The position numbers were made by a program, and so were the translations under genes. The notes under the pieces were generated by a model. The model had not been told where the DNA came from. It worked only from the letters and a program-made list of their open reading frames with translations, and did not search any database. A stretch of DNA of 64,000 nt from Rhodopirellula sp. (GTDB lineage: Bacteria; Planctomycetota; Planctomycetia; Pirellulales; Thermoguttaceae), in NCBI GenBank assembly GCA_012728855.1, contig JAAYEH010000400.1, positions 34,899-98,898 on the forward strand. The letters are read 5' to 3'. Below are positions 15,362-25,246 of the stretch, in pieces (the stretch's first letter is position 1; each line of letters opens with the position of its first letter).

Positions 15362-16851
15362 CGCTTTTCGAGTTGCCGAGAGAGGTAGCCCAGCGGGACC
15401 GACATCATCAGATAGAGCACCGCCGTGGCCAGGCCGATCTTGAGGAATCCTCCGCTCGATTTGGTAAGGATCAGGTACTGTTTGGTCAACTCGACGACGG
15501 CAATGGCGCTGACCAGGCTCGTATCCTTGAACAAGGCGATGAAGTCGCTGGTCATCGGCGGCAGGATGACGCGAACGGCTTGAGGCAGAATGATGCGGCG
15601 GAAGGCGAGTGCCGGCGACATACCCAGCGATGCCGCCGCTTCCCATTGGCCTCGGGGAATAGCGCCGATGCCGGCCCGATAGATCTCCGCTTCATACGCC
15701 GCATAGTTCAGTCCGAAGCCGAGCACCGCGGCCCAAAAGGCAGGCAACCGCAGGGTATGTCCCAAGCCGAAGTAGAGAAAATAGAGCAGCAGGAGCATCG
15801 GAATGCCGCGGAAGAACTCGACGTAAACGGTGGCCGGCCAGGCCAGCCACCGCGTGCCCGAGAGCCGCGCCACCGCAATCGGCAGCCCAAGGACGACGGC
15901 CAAGGCCATGCTCAGGACGGAAAGCTGGATCGTCACCCAAGCCCCGTGCGCCAGCAGCGGAAGGTAGTCGTGAAGCCGCCAACGGGGAGTCGGCCCGGCT
16001 GAAGCGGCCGTCCGGCCCGTGGAGAGGACGTCGTCCTGGTCGTCGTTCCAGATCTGCCATTTCTCGTAGATCCGCTGCAACCGACCATCGCCAGCCAGGC
16101 GGTCCAGGGCGGCGTCGAACTGGCGAGCCAATGCTTCCCGGTCTTTACGGAAGGCGATCGCGTAGTAGCCGGCGGCCAACGGCTTACCGACGAACTTGAG
16201 CTTGCGGTTGGGCCGGGCGTAGTAGGCGGCGATCGGCAGGTCCAGCAGCACGGCATCAAGGCGGCCCAATTCGAGGTCCATGTAGGGTTCGACCTGGCCG
16301 TCGTAGATCCGTTTGTCGATGCCCATGCGGTCCAGAAGCTTTTCCGCCGCCGTCTCCTCCAAAGTGCCTACCACGGCGCTTCGGCTCCGGCAGGCTTCCA
16401 ACGAGGTGAAGCGGTCGTCGTCGGCGCGGACGACGAGTTGGAGTTGGTAGACGTAGTACGGCCGGCTGAAGCGTACGCGTTGGAGCCGATCAGGCGTGAT
16501 TTCCAGCCCGTTCATGGCGAAGTCGAAGTCGCCCCGCTCCAGCCCCAGAATCAGGCTCTTGTACTCGTACTGCTCGAAGACGATCGGACGGCCGAGCGCT
16601 TCGGCAAGGGCCCGGGCGAGATCGACCTCGAAACCGACATTAACTTCGGGGTTGGCGTCGTCCTTGAAAATGTACGGGGCGCCCCCTTCGGCGTCGGCCG
16701 CCCATCGCAGCGGTCGTGCGTCTCGGTCCGGCTGGGCAAAGCCGGCCGTTGTGGCCAAGAGCATGACGGCGATTGAAGACAGCATCAGCCCAATTCCCCC
16801 GCACGCGACAAGCGTGGGGCAGGTCTGCAACCTGCCAATTGTGCTCGCCAT
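15343..16851 (-). CDS. Fused periplasmic substrate-binding domain plus ABC permease (polar amino-acid type)
   Basis: SBP_bac_3-like sequence LRWAADAEGGAPYIFKD..FEVDLARALAEALGRPIVFEQYEYKSLILGLERGDFDFAMNGLEITPDR. Then TM helices with the EAA loop EAAASLGMSPALAFRRIILPQA. Start could be ATG 16851 or ATG 16785; the track start 16965 includes hairpin repeats. Confidence 0.85.
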   Translation of the reverse strand: MASTIGRLQTCPTLVACGGIGLMLSSIAVMLLATTAGFAQPDRDARPLRWAADAEGGAPYIFKDDANPEVNVGFEVDLARALAEALGRPIVFEQYEYKSLILGLERGDFDFAMNGLEITPDRLQRVRFSRPYYVYQLQLVVRADDDRFTSLEACRSRSAVVGTLEETAAEKLLDRMGIDKRIYDGQVEPYMDLELGRLDAVLLDLPIAAYYARPNRKLKFVGKPLAAGYYAIAFRKDREALARQFDAALDRLAGDGRLQRIYEKWQIWNDDQDDVLSTGRTAASAGPTPRWRLHDYLPLLAHGAWVTIQLSVLSMALAVVLGLPIAVARLSGTRWLAWPATVYVEFFRGIPMLLLLYFLYFGLGHTLRLPAFWAAVLGFGLNYAAYEAEIYRAGIGAIPRGQWEAAASLGMSPALAFRRIILPQAVRVILPPMTSDFIALFKDTSLVSAIAVVELTKQYLILTKSSGGFLKIGLATAVLYLMMSVPLGYLSRQLEKRWGNGS

Positions 16852-16879
16852 ACAAGGCAGGTAGCAAACCTGCCCCACG
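16813..16879. repeat. Pair of GGCAGGT-N5-ACCTGCC hairpins / 12-bp inverted repeat bracketing ATG 16851
   Basis: CGTGGGGCAGGT (16813-16824) pairs with ACCTGCCCCACG (16868-16879). Each arm also forms its own small hairpin. A related half-site CCTGCCCCACGACGC lies near 56600. Confidence 0.6.
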
Positions 16880-16914
16880 ACGCTTTCCTGATATCTTGGC
16901 GGGTAGTCAAAAAA

Positions 16915-16942
16915 GTACGTCAGGCTGCAAAGCCTGACGTAC
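16915..16942. repeat. Perfect hairpin GTACGTCAGGCTgcaaAGCCTGACGTAC
   Basis: 12-bp stem with a 4-nt loop, upstream of the ABC operon. The GTCAGGCT core is shared with the 44873 hairpin. Confidence 0.7.
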
Positions 16943-16979
16943 GAATACGGATCTGCCAGTGCCACGGGCGGCCTAAAGC

Positions 16980-18407
16980 CTAAACCGCGGTCGCCTCCAG
17001 CGAAGCCGCCACGCGCTCGCTAAGGAAGCTGACCAATTTCTGCGAATGCTCGGACTGCTTGAGCTTCTGGATGGCCTTGGCCTCGATCTGCCGGATCCGC
17101 TCCCGTGTGACGCAGAAAATCTTTCCGACCTCATCGAGCGTGTAGGAATGGCCGTCGCCCAGCCCATAGCGGAGCTTGAGCACTTCGCGTTCCCGCCAAC
17201 TCAGCACTTCCAGGGCCTCCTCCATCCGCGATTTGAGGAGGTGATCATCGATCTCCTCAACGGGGTCCGCCTCGCGGTGGTCCGGGAGCCATTCGCCACG
17301 AGTGGTCTCGTCGCGATTGCTGACCGGCTGATCGAGCGAATAGGGCTGATACCTCAGCTTCATGGCGCGGTTCAGTTCATCGGAAGAGAGGCCGACCGCT
17401 TCGGACATTTCGTCGAGGTTCAGATCGCCGTCGTTGTCCTGGAGGAACTGCTCGGCGGCGTCCCAGACCTTGCCGACCTTCTGGGCCACGCCGGCCGGCA
17501 CGCGGATCGTGCGGCTTTGATCACTGATGGCGCGGGTAATCGCCTGGCGAATCCACCAGGTGGCGTAGGTGCAGAACTTGTGCCCTCGTTCGTGCTCAAA
17601 TTTGTCGACCGCGCGCATCAGGCCCGTGTTGCCCTCCTGAATCAGATCCAGGAAGCTCAGGCCCCGATTGCGGTATTTTTTGGCGATGGAAACCACCAGC
17701 CGCAGATTCGCCGCGCAAAGCTGCTGACGGGCGGTCTCGTAGAGCTTCTGACGCCGCGCCAGCAGAGCCAGTCGGCGGCGAAGCGTGGCCGGGTTTTCGA
17801 TGACACCGTGGGCCAGTCGCCGAAGTTCCTCGCGTCTTTCCTGGGCCGACTCATCGGACTGCGAGATCGCCGATTGAAGGCCCTCCATCCGGCGAGAGAC
17901 CATCCGCAGTTGCTCCAGAGACGGCAGCAACGGGCCGATCTGCGGCCGAACCTGCTCGACCAGCTCCAACGCTTCGCGACGGCGGCGAAGGATCCGCCGC
18001 CACGCTTGCCGGCGCTGGCTGACAGGCAAACTCGCATCGGCCACGAGTTCGAAATCCTCCCGGTTCTGCTGGAGAATGTCCCCCAGGGGGCCAATGTGCT
18101 TGTTGAGCCGCCGCATCGCGCGGCGTTTCTCGTCGTTGTCGCCCATCGAGACTTCCAACATCCGGCTCAAGTTGACCTTGCCGTCGCGGATGTCTTCGAG
18201 TCGCCGCACGACCGCTTGCAGCACGAAGTCGGTCGTCAGCACGACACGACGGTAGCGTGTCCGCGTGCGAACGATTCGTTCGGCAGCCCGAATCTCTTCT
18301 TCACGGCTCATCAGGGCAAGCCGGGAAATCTGGGTTAGGTACGTCTGGACGGAGTCCAGTTTTTGTTCTCTCACAATCGTTCCTACACTCTCTGTCTTGG
18401 CACGCAT
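16980..18407 (-). CDS. Sigma-70 family RNA polymerase sigma factor, RpoD-like (group 1/2)
   Basis: Region 1.2 [20 protein letters not shown]. Region 2 [41 protein letters not shown]. Region 4 [28 protein letters not shown]. Region 3 is atypical ([13 protein letters not shown]). Confidence 0.9.
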   Translation of the reverse strand: MRAKTESVGTIVREQKLDSVQTYLTQISRLALMSREEEIRAAERIVRTRTRYRRVVLTTDFVLQAVVRRLEDIRDGKVNLSRMLEVSMGDNDEKRRAMRRLNKHIGPLGDILQQNREDFELVADASLPVSQRRQAWRRILRRRREALELVEQVRPQIGPLLPSLEQLRMVSRRMEGLQSAISQSDESAQERREELRRLAHGVIENPATLRRRLALLARRQKLYETARQQLCAANLRLVVSIAKKYRNRGLSFLDLIQEGNTGLMRAVDKFEHERGHKFCTYATWWIRQAITRAISDQSRTIRVPAGVAQKVGKVWDAAEQFLQDNDGDLNLDEMSEAVGLSSDELNRAMKLRYQPYSLDQPVSNRDETTRGEWLPDHREADPVEEIDDHLLKSRMEEALEVLSWREREVLKLRYGLGDGHSYTLDEVGKIFCVTRERIRQIEAKAIQKLKQSEHSQKLVSFLSERVAASLEATAV

Positions 18408-19029
18408 GGTCTCTCGTCTTCGATCGAATAAAATATGGAAGCTTCGTCTGTTCGCACGATCCGGTCACGCCCTCGCGCTGGAGGCCGTTGCCGGTCTGTT
18501 GTCCGGTCTGGACTCCGCGGGAGGACGCTTCGGATACGTCGTGCCGAGCGGAACCGTTTCAGCCGGTGGGGTTTGGCATGCAGCCGGCAAGCCAAAGCGA
18601 AGCAGACAGGCGTATCGGTCTAACCGGGAGTTACTCTAAAGCCCCTCCCAGGCAGTAGACACTTCGGAAGGTAGTTGATGATGTATCGTCTGTAGGCACA
18701 CCGCCGCGCTAGCAATTCCCTCTGGAAGTCCGAGAACGACAACAGTGCCTTTTCCGCTACGCGGCAAGACTTTGCGGAGTTCACTGCCCCAATCTTGCGC
18801 GTCTCCCGCTGGGGGATAAACGTGCCAGTATATTCTAAGACGCATTGAAGTATATACCTATTCCTGGTGGGTTCTGCAAATATTTTTACGAATTGTCAAG
18901 ACCCTCTACCCTAAGACAGCGCACCACGAAGAATTGTTCCGGTAAAAGCTTGCAATAATCCGAGATACCCCCTAGTCTGTCTGGCAAGGCAATCAGGCCA
19001 TATTCCCGACGTGCCGGAGGTAATTGGGC

Positions 19030-19617
19030 ATGAAACTGTCCGTTTTCCGGATTCTCATCAGCGTGGCCGGCATTGTCGGCTGGGCAGGATCTCCGCCCTC
19101 GGCAACCGCCGCCGATCCGGCGATTGTTTTCAACCGGGATATCCGTCCGCTTCTCTCGGAGAACTGTTACCGTTGTCATGGACCGGATGCGGGCCAGAGG
19201 CAAGCCGATCTTCGGTTGGATACTGCCGAAGGCGCCGTGGCCGATCTAGGCGGCTATCGCGCGATTGTCCCGGGCAAGCCGGAGGAGAGCGAGGCTTATG
19301 TGCGGATTGCCGAACCGGACGAGTCGATGCGGATGCCGCCCGCGGATTCAGGCCGCCAACTGTCGGCAGACCAAGTCGCGTTGATTGGCCGCTGGATCCG
19401 GCAAGGGGCCGAGTGGCAAGGTCACTGGTCGTTTCTCCCGCTTCATCGCCCGTCGCCGCCACAAGCTGCCGATTCTTCCCGGATTAACAACGCCATCGAC
19501 GCCTTCATTGTCCACCGGCTGCAGGCGGAAGGGCTTGAGCACTGCTCGGAGGCGGACAAAGCGACGCTCATTCGCCGCGTCACGCTCGACCTGACCGGAC
19601 TGCCGCCGCTTTGGTAG
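19030..19617 (+). pseudogene. Truncated PSCyt1/PSCyt2 (DUF1549) planctomycete cytochrome c family gene
   Basis: Signal peptide, FNRDIRPLLSENCYRCHGPD (CxxCH), then the start of DUF1549 (NAIDAFIVHRLQAEGL..ATLIRRVTLDLTGLPP). It ends in a TAG supplied by a REP head. The DUF1553 part is absent. Confidence 0.7.
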
Positions 19618-19639
19618 ATCCCGCTTGCCGAGCGGGATC
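19614..19639 (+). repeat. GTAG-headed REP hairpin
   Basis: GTAG+GATCCCGCTTGCCGAGCGGGATC. The TAG at 19615-19617 is the stop codon of the truncated cytochrome ORF. Confidence 0.8.
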
Positions 19640-19848
19640 TTGCGTCGGGCTGCGGTCTGCCGGCGCACAGGTCCAGCCCGGCAGGCTGGACCTACTTGGT
19701 GCCGCCGTGGCGGGGAACGCACCCCTTTTTCGCCGGAGTTGGGCACTGCTCTTGCCCAGGGCCGCGCCGCGGCGTAAATTGTTGGCTCCTGGCTCGGGCC
19801 GGGAGAGCGTGTCAAGGACGACCGCCACAATTCAGGACGAGCGCTACC

Positions 19849-21996
19849 ATGTCGTTTTCATGGAAACCGTCCGTTTGGCCCATGGAAGGGCTCGACGGAT
19901 CCGAGGCGGCCGACGCTGCCGACACCCACCGCATCGCCTCTTCGGTCCGCCGCGCGATCACGCGGACCCGCCGATGGCTACTCGATCACCAGCAGGATGA
20001 CGGCTGCTGGGTCGCCGAACTCGAAGGCGACACGATCCTCCAGAGCGAAACGATCATGCTTCTGGCCTTTTTGGGCGAGGAGCAATCCGACCTTGCTCAC
20101 CGCCTCGCTAGCCGTCTGCTCGACCAGCAGATGCCTGAGGGGGGCTGGGCGATGTATCCCGGCGGAAAGCTCGAAATCAGCGGCAGTGTGAAGGCCTACT
20201 TCGCGCTGAAGCTCACCGGGCATGAACCGAGCAGCGAGGCGATGCAACGGGCCCGCCGGGCAATCCTCGCCCACGGCGGCGCGGACGCGGTCAACAGTTT
20301 TACCCGCTTTTACCTGGCCCTGCTCGGTCAGATCCCTTACAGCCAGTGTCCGGACGTTCCGCCCGAGGTTGTACTGCTGCCGAAGTGGTTTCCGGTTAAT
20401 CTCTACGCCGTCAGCGCGTGGTCCCGGACGATGATCGTGCCCCTGTCGATCGTTTCGGCGATGCAACCGGTCCGCAAGGTCGACGCCCATCGTGGGATTC
20501 GCGAGTTGTTTCTCCAGGATCCGGAGCATTGGCCCGCATTGCGATGTCCGGGCCTGGCGGGAGGAACCGGCTTGTTGAGTTGGGACCGCTTCTTCCGCGC
20601 CATCGATGGGATGATGAAGTGGTGCCGGCGTAAGAACCTGCTCCCCTGCCGCGGCCGAGCGATTCGCGCGGCCCAGGCATGGATGCTCAAGCGGTTCGAC
20701 CAAAGCGACGGCCTGGGCGCGATCTATCCGCCGATTGTCTGGAGTCTCGTGGCGTTGCGGAGCCTCGGCTACGACGACTCCAGCGAGGAAGTCCGCGAAT
20801 GCCGCCGGCAACTGCAAGCGCTGATCGTCGAGGATGACGATCGTTCGTCCGCGCACGTCCAGCCCTGCAAATCGCCGGTGTGGGACACCGCGATCACCTT
20901 ACGGGCACTGGCGGCCGGTGGATTGAATGCGGAACATCCCGCGGTCAACCGTGCTGCAAACTGGCTGTTGGACAAGCAGATTTCGCGGCCGGGCGACTGG
21001 TCGGAGATCGTCGCCGCCGAGGCGGGCGGGTGGTGCTTTGAATACCACAACGACTTCTATCCCGATTCCGACGACACCGCCATGGTGCTGATGGCGTTGG
21101 CGGAACAGTTCGACGACGCGCGCAGCGGCGCTGCGATTCCGCCGGATCTGAGGGTCGTCGACGACACGTGCGGCGAGTCGAAGGATCGCGAAGCGATGCT
21201 GGAGCGGACCGCCGGCGCCATTCGCGGCGGGTTGGCCTGGCTGTTGGCCATGCAGAATGACGACGGGGGCTGGGGCGCCTTCGACCGCAACAACAACCGG
21301 CAGTTCCTCTGCCACGTCCCCTTCGCCGATCACAACGCCATGATCGACCCGAGCACGCCCGACCTGACCGGCCGCGTGGTCGAGTCGCTGGGGAAATTGG
21401 GACGGAAGCTGGGCGATCCGGTCGTGGATCGGGCGGTCGCCTACCTTCGCGACACGCAGGAGGCCGACGGCAGTTGGTTCGGCCGCTGGGGAGTGAACTA
21501 CGTCTACGGCACATGGCAGGCGCTGGTCGGGCTGGCGAGTATAGGCGTACCGGCCGACGACCCCGCGGTCGTCGCCGGGGCGCAGTGGCTAATCGCCCAT
21601 CAGCAGCCTTGCGGGGGTTGGGGAGAGTCGCCCGACACCTACGACGATCCCCGGCTTCGCGGCCAGGGGACCGTGACGGCTTCGCAAACAGCTTGGGCCG
21701 TGCTGGGATTGCTCGCCGCCGGAATGGAACATCACCCGGCGGTTGCGAGGGGCATCGAGTACCTTGTCGAGCATCAGCGGCGCGACGGCGCCTGGGACGA
21801 AACCGAGTTCACCGGCACCGGCTTTCCCCGCGTTTTCTATCTTCGATACCATTACTATCCGATCTATTTCCCGCTCATGGCCCTGTCGCAGTGGGCGGTG
21901 ACGGCCACGGTCCCCGTCGCGGCAAGGGTGGCAGAACCGGTCTGTGCGATGGCTCGGGAAGTCAGCCTGTGCGTTGCGACCGCCGCTGGCTATTAG
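19849..21996 (+). CDS. shc: Squalene-hopene cyclase
   Basis: DxDD protonation motif (YPDSDDTAMVLMAL). Multiple QW repeats (HQQDDGCWV, QMPEGGWAMY, MQNDDGGWGAF, TQEADGSWFGRWG, HQQPCGGWGES, HQRRDGAWDE). Start moved to ATG 19849. Confidence 0.92.
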   Translation: MSFSWKPSVWPMEGLDGSEAADAADTHRIASSVRRAITRTRRWLLDHQQDDGCWVAELEGDTILQSETIMLLAFLGEEQSDLAHRLASRLLDQQMPEGGWAMYPGGKLEISGSVKAYFALKLTGHEPSSEAMQRARRAILAHGGADAVNSFTRFYLALLGQIPYSQCPDVPPEVVLLPKWFPVNLYAVSAWSRTMIVPLSIVSAMQPVRKVDAHRGIRELFLQDPEHWPALRCPGLAGGTGLLSWDRFFRAIDGMMKWCRRKNLLPCRGRAIRAAQAWMLKRFDQSDGLGAIYPPIVWSLVALRSLGYDDSSEEVRECRRQLQALIVEDDDRSSAHVQPCKSPVWDTAITLRALAAGGLNAEHPAVNRAANWLLDKQISRPGDWSEIVAAEAGGWCFEYHNDFYPDSDDTAMVLMALAEQFDDARSGAAIPPDLRVVDDTCGESKDREAMLERTAGAIRGGLAWLLAMQNDDGGWGAFDRNNNRQFLCHVPFADHNAMIDPSTPDLTGRVVESLGKLGRKLGDPVVDRAVAYLRDTQEADGSWFGRWGVNYVYGTWQALVGLASIGVPADDPAVVAGAQWLIAHQQPCGGWGESPDTYDDPRLRGQGTVTASQTAWAVLGLLAAGMEHHPAVARGIEYLVEHQRRDGAWDETEFTGTGFPRVFYLRYHYYPIYFPLMALSQWAVTATVPVAARVAEPVCAMAREVSLCVATAAGY

Positions 21997-22085
21997 GGTT
22001 ACTTTTTCGCGCCGATTTTTGAACATAGCGGATTCTGGATTTCGGCAATTCCTCTCAAAGCAAGCACACCCCCAGCAGGCGACCC

Positions 22086-23105
22086 ATGCGATTTCCTCTT
22101 TCGCTCACGCGCTCCTTGACGAGCTATCTGGTCAAGAAACGGCTCTCCGGCGAGACGAAATTCCCGCTGGTCTTGATGCTCGAACCGCTACACGCGTGCA
22201 ATCTCACCTGCACCGGCTGCGGGCGGATCCGCGAATACGCCAGTACGATCCGGCAGACGCTTTCGGTTGAGGAGTGTCTCGAATCGATCGACGAGTGCGG
22301 CGCGCCGGTCGTGAGCATCTGCGGCGGTGAACCGCTGATCTATCGCGGCATCGAGGAGTTGGTCGCCAAGACGGTCGAGCGGAAGAAGCACGTCTACCTC
22401 TGCACCAACGGAACCTCGCTCGAGAAGAAGCTTTCGGGATTCCGTCCCGGCTCGCGGCTGTTCATCAATGTCCATCTCGACGGCATGGAGGCGACGCACG
22501 ACCTTGCCGTCCAGCGGAAAGGGGTGTTTGCCAAGGCCGTTGCCGGGATCAAGGCGGCCAAAGCGGCGGGTTTCCAGGTCTGCACGAATACGACGGTCTA
22601 CCGGGAAACCGACATCCACGAGATCGCCGTCTTATGCGACTATCTCACCGAGTTGGGGGTCGACGGATTCATGATCGCGCCGGCCTACGGCTACGCGGCC
22701 GTGCAAGCAGCCAACCCCGACCGGGCCGCCGGGATCTTCCTCACGCGCGATGAGATTCGAACCAAGTTCGGACAGGCAAGAGAACTGCTGCAAAACTACC
22801 GCCTGGTCACTTCACCGCTCTACCTCGAGTTCCTCGCCGGCGATCGCGAGTTGACCTGTGCCGCCTGGGCGAATCCCACCAGAAACGTGAAGGGTTGGAA
22901 AGGCCCCTGCTACCTGATCACCGACGGCCATTACGCGACCTACCGGGAGTTGATCCGTGCGACCGAATGGGATCGTTTCGGCCCCGGCAACGATCCCCGT
23001 TGCGAGCACTGCATGATGCACTGTGGATTCGAGCCCGCCGCCGTCTTTGCGGCCCAACGCGGACTGCGCGATATGCTCCGCATGGCTGTCTGGCAAATGG
23101 GGTAA
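22086..23105 (+). CDS. hpnH: Adenosyl-hopene transferase HpnH (radical SAM)
   Basis: MRFPLSLTRSLTSYLVKKRLSGETKFPLVLMLEPLHACNLTCTGCGRIREY (CxxxCxxC). Lies 90 nt downstream of shc. Confidence 0.9.
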   Translation: MRFPLSLTRSLTSYLVKKRLSGETKFPLVLMLEPLHACNLTCTGCGRIREYASTIRQTLSVEECLESIDECGAPVVSICGGEPLIYRGIEELVAKTVERKKHVYLCTNGTSLEKKLSGFRPGSRLFINVHLDGMEATHDLAVQRKGVFAKAVAGIKAAKAAGFQVCTNTTVYRETDIHEIAVLCDYLTELGVDGFMIAPAYGYAAVQAANPDRAAGIFLTRDEIRTKFGQARELLQNYRLVTSPLYLEFLAGDRELTCAAWANPTRNVKGWKGPCYLITDGHYATYRELIRATEWDRFGPGNDPRCEHCMMHCGFEPAAVFAAQRGLRDMLRMAVWQMG

Positions 23106-23267
23106 GCCGATACCTTCTCCGGGCTCCTCGTGATACCCGCGTGTCCGTTCGTATCTTCCTGTCGATTCAAGCCTATCGCATAGCGAAGCTCCGCTGGAGA
23201 GAGCGTTGCCGGCGACCACTATTCACTATTCAAGCTCCGGCCCCAACTTTCCTCCGTCGTGCCGAGT

Positions 23268-24014
23268 TCACGATGTCCGCGTTGTCGCGTAGAGCGGAAT
23301 CTGGTTTTCGGCCGGTGGAGAGGCCAGCGTCGGAGGCGGCGACTCTTGATCGATGGGGGGAAGCCGACGAACCGGCGGCGCCTGGGGAGGCTTGCTGGGA
23401 GCTTCGCTGTCTTGCGGCTCGGAGGCGACCGCGTTCTCCGTCTCGGAAGCGCCGAGTGGCACAAGCGGCTTGCCGGTCTGTTCTGCGGGCGTCTCCTCGG
23501 GCAACGAGGATTGGGCCGCGTACTTTGCCGCGGGGACCACTTCTTCGGATTGATCCACGGTGGCTTTCTCGCCGCTGTTGGCTGGCGCGGTTTCCGCAGC
23601 GACTTCTTCCGGCGAGGCGGGCGGAGAAGCGTCGTCGGCGGCGACCAGACGACACGAATCGCCCGTACACTCCACATGGTATCCTGCCGGCCCGTTGGAG
23701 ACCTCGGCCTCCGCCTCGGCTTTCGGGGCGGGCGGCGTCTCGGATTGGCAGATGGGGATGGGCTCGGGCTTTCGGCCCGCGTCGGCCCGCGTCGGTTCGG
23801 AAGGGGCGTGCGGGGCCGCCGTCGCCGTCTCAACAATGGCAGGAACCTCGGGAGGCGGCGTAGCCGGCTCGACTGGTTCCGCCGCCCGCGGGGCAATCAT
23901 CGCTGTTGTCGGCGGCTCCAGCATTCTCCAGACCGCCGGATAGTGGGAGATGTTGAACCCGATCGAAAAAGTCACCGCGATTAGTACAGCCAGCGCTGCC
24001 GCGACCCTTGGCAT
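23268..24014 (-). CDS. Membrane-anchored Pro/Ala/Glu-rich hypothetical protein
   Basis: N-terminal TM MPRVAAALAVLIAVTFSIGF followed by a low-complexity P/A/E-rich tail with a short Cys motif (YHVECTGDSC). No family recognised. Confidence 0.5.
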   Translation of the reverse strand: MPRVAAALAVLIAVTFSIGFNISHYPAVWRMLEPPTTAMIAPRAAEPVEPATPPPEVPAIVETATAAPHAPSEPTRADAGRKPEPIPICQSETPPAPKAEAEAEVSNGPAGYHVECTGDSCRLVAADDASPPASPEEVAAETAPANSGEKATVDQSEEVVPAAKYAAQSSLPEETPAEQTGKPLVPLGASETENAVASEPQDSEAPSKPPQAPPVRRLPPIDQESPPPTLASPPAENQIPLYATTRTS

Positions 24015-24194
24015 GGCCTGATCCCTCCTGGCGCCTCAAGTACATTGTCGCTGAAACCATACAGCGCAGGGAAGCGGGATCAAGGCGGAAAGCGGGAGAT
24101 CGTCGCAAGACCGCGGCCGAAGTGGATGAAGGAAGCGGGTCAGGTAAACTTGGAGGCGCATTTGGCCGGCGGTGTTTCGCCGAGAAGGCTCGCT

Positions 24195-25160
24195 TTACAC
24201 GGGAGAGACCGTGGACGGCTTACCGCGCTCGGCTAAGGCTTGCCCAATCCGCGCCATCTGGGCTTCCGACAAGAGCAAGTTCGCCGCCGCCGCAGCTTCC
24301 CGGATCTGATCCGGTCGCTTGGCGCCGCACACCGCGGCGGTGATCCCCGGCTGCCGGACGGTCCAGTGGATGACGAGTTGGGCAACGGTGCAACCGATTT
24401 CCTCGGCAATCTCCCGCAGCTTGTCGACCAAGTCGTGATTCTTCTGCCACTGGTCGCCCTGAAACATGGGGTACTTTCGCCGACTGTCGCTCTCGGCGAA
24501 GGTGTCGGTCCGCTTGAGCTTGCCCGCCAGAAGCCCTTTCATCAGCGGCCAATAGACCAGCACCGCGATGCCGCGGTCGCGGCACCAAGGGAGCGTGTCG
24601 GCCTCGATATCCCGCTGGAGCATGTTGTAGGGGGGCTGATAGGCGGCCAGCGGACAGTGGGCAATGAACGACTCGAGTTCGGCGACATCGAGGTTGGAAG
24701 CGCCGACCGCACGCGTCTTTCCTTCGTCCATCAACCGCTTCAATGCACCGGCCGACTCCGCCACCGGCACGTTCGGGTCGGGCGCGTGCAAGTAGAGCAG
24801 ATCCACTTGATCCGTATTGAGCCGGCGCAGGCTTTCTTCGCACTGGCGGCGGAGGGTGGCGGGCGACGCGTCGTGAACGCGCCGGCCCTCTTCGTCCCAG
24901 TGGAGTCCGCCCTTGGTGGCGATGACCATCGCGCCGCGCCGCGAACCGAGCGCCCGTGCAATGAGCCGTTCGCTTTCGCCGTCGCGTCCGTACATGTAGG
25001 CGGTGTCGAGGTGATTGATTCCCAACTCGAAACACGCCCCAATCGTGGCAAGACTGTTTTCCTCGGTCGCGCCGGGACTGGTCATGCCGGCGATGGGCCA
25101 ACAGCCCAGGGCGACGGTGGAAACCCGCATGCCGGTGTTGCCGAGAGAACGATATTCCAT
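24195..25160 (-). CDS. Aldo/keto reductase
   Basis: MEYRSLGNTGMRVSTVALGCWPIAG..INHLDTAYMYGRDGESERLIARAL..VDLLYLHAPD. Start moved to ATG 25160. Confidence 0.88.
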   Translation of the reverse strand: MEYRSLGNTGMRVSTVALGCWPIAGMTSPGATEENSLATIGACFELGINHLDTAYMYGRDGESERLIARALGSRRGAMVIATKGGLHWDEEGRRVHDASPATLRRQCEESLRRLNTDQVDLLYLHAPDPNVPVAESAGALKRLMDEGKTRAVGASNLDVAELESFIAHCPLAAYQPPYNMLQRDIEADTLPWCRDRGIAVLVYWPLMKGLLAGKLKRTDTFAESDSRRKYPMFQGDQWQKNHDLVDKLREIAEEIGCTVAQLVIHWTVRQPGITAAVCGAKRPDQIREAAAAANLLLSEAQMARIGQALAERGKPSTVSPV

Positions 25161-25246
25161 GTTTCGATTTGCAGATGGGCTTGAATTGACGTAGAACGAG
25201 TATAACGGGCTCGGTATACGGGCGACAAGGGTTGGACAACCAAGAA

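Noticed and set aside
16852-16965. Track start (GTG 16965) for the SBP-permease gene.
   Set aside because: The extra 38 codons consist of translated hairpin repeats (16915-16942 and 16868-16879). The signal-peptide-like segment begins after ATG 16851/16785.
23219-23984. Alternative-frame ORFs (225 aa minus, 241 aa plus) over the Pro-rich gene.
   Set aside because: Only the 23268-24014 frame gives an N-terminal TM helix and a coherent P/A/E-rich low-complexity tail. The others are poly-Arg/Pro artefacts of the same repetitive DNA.
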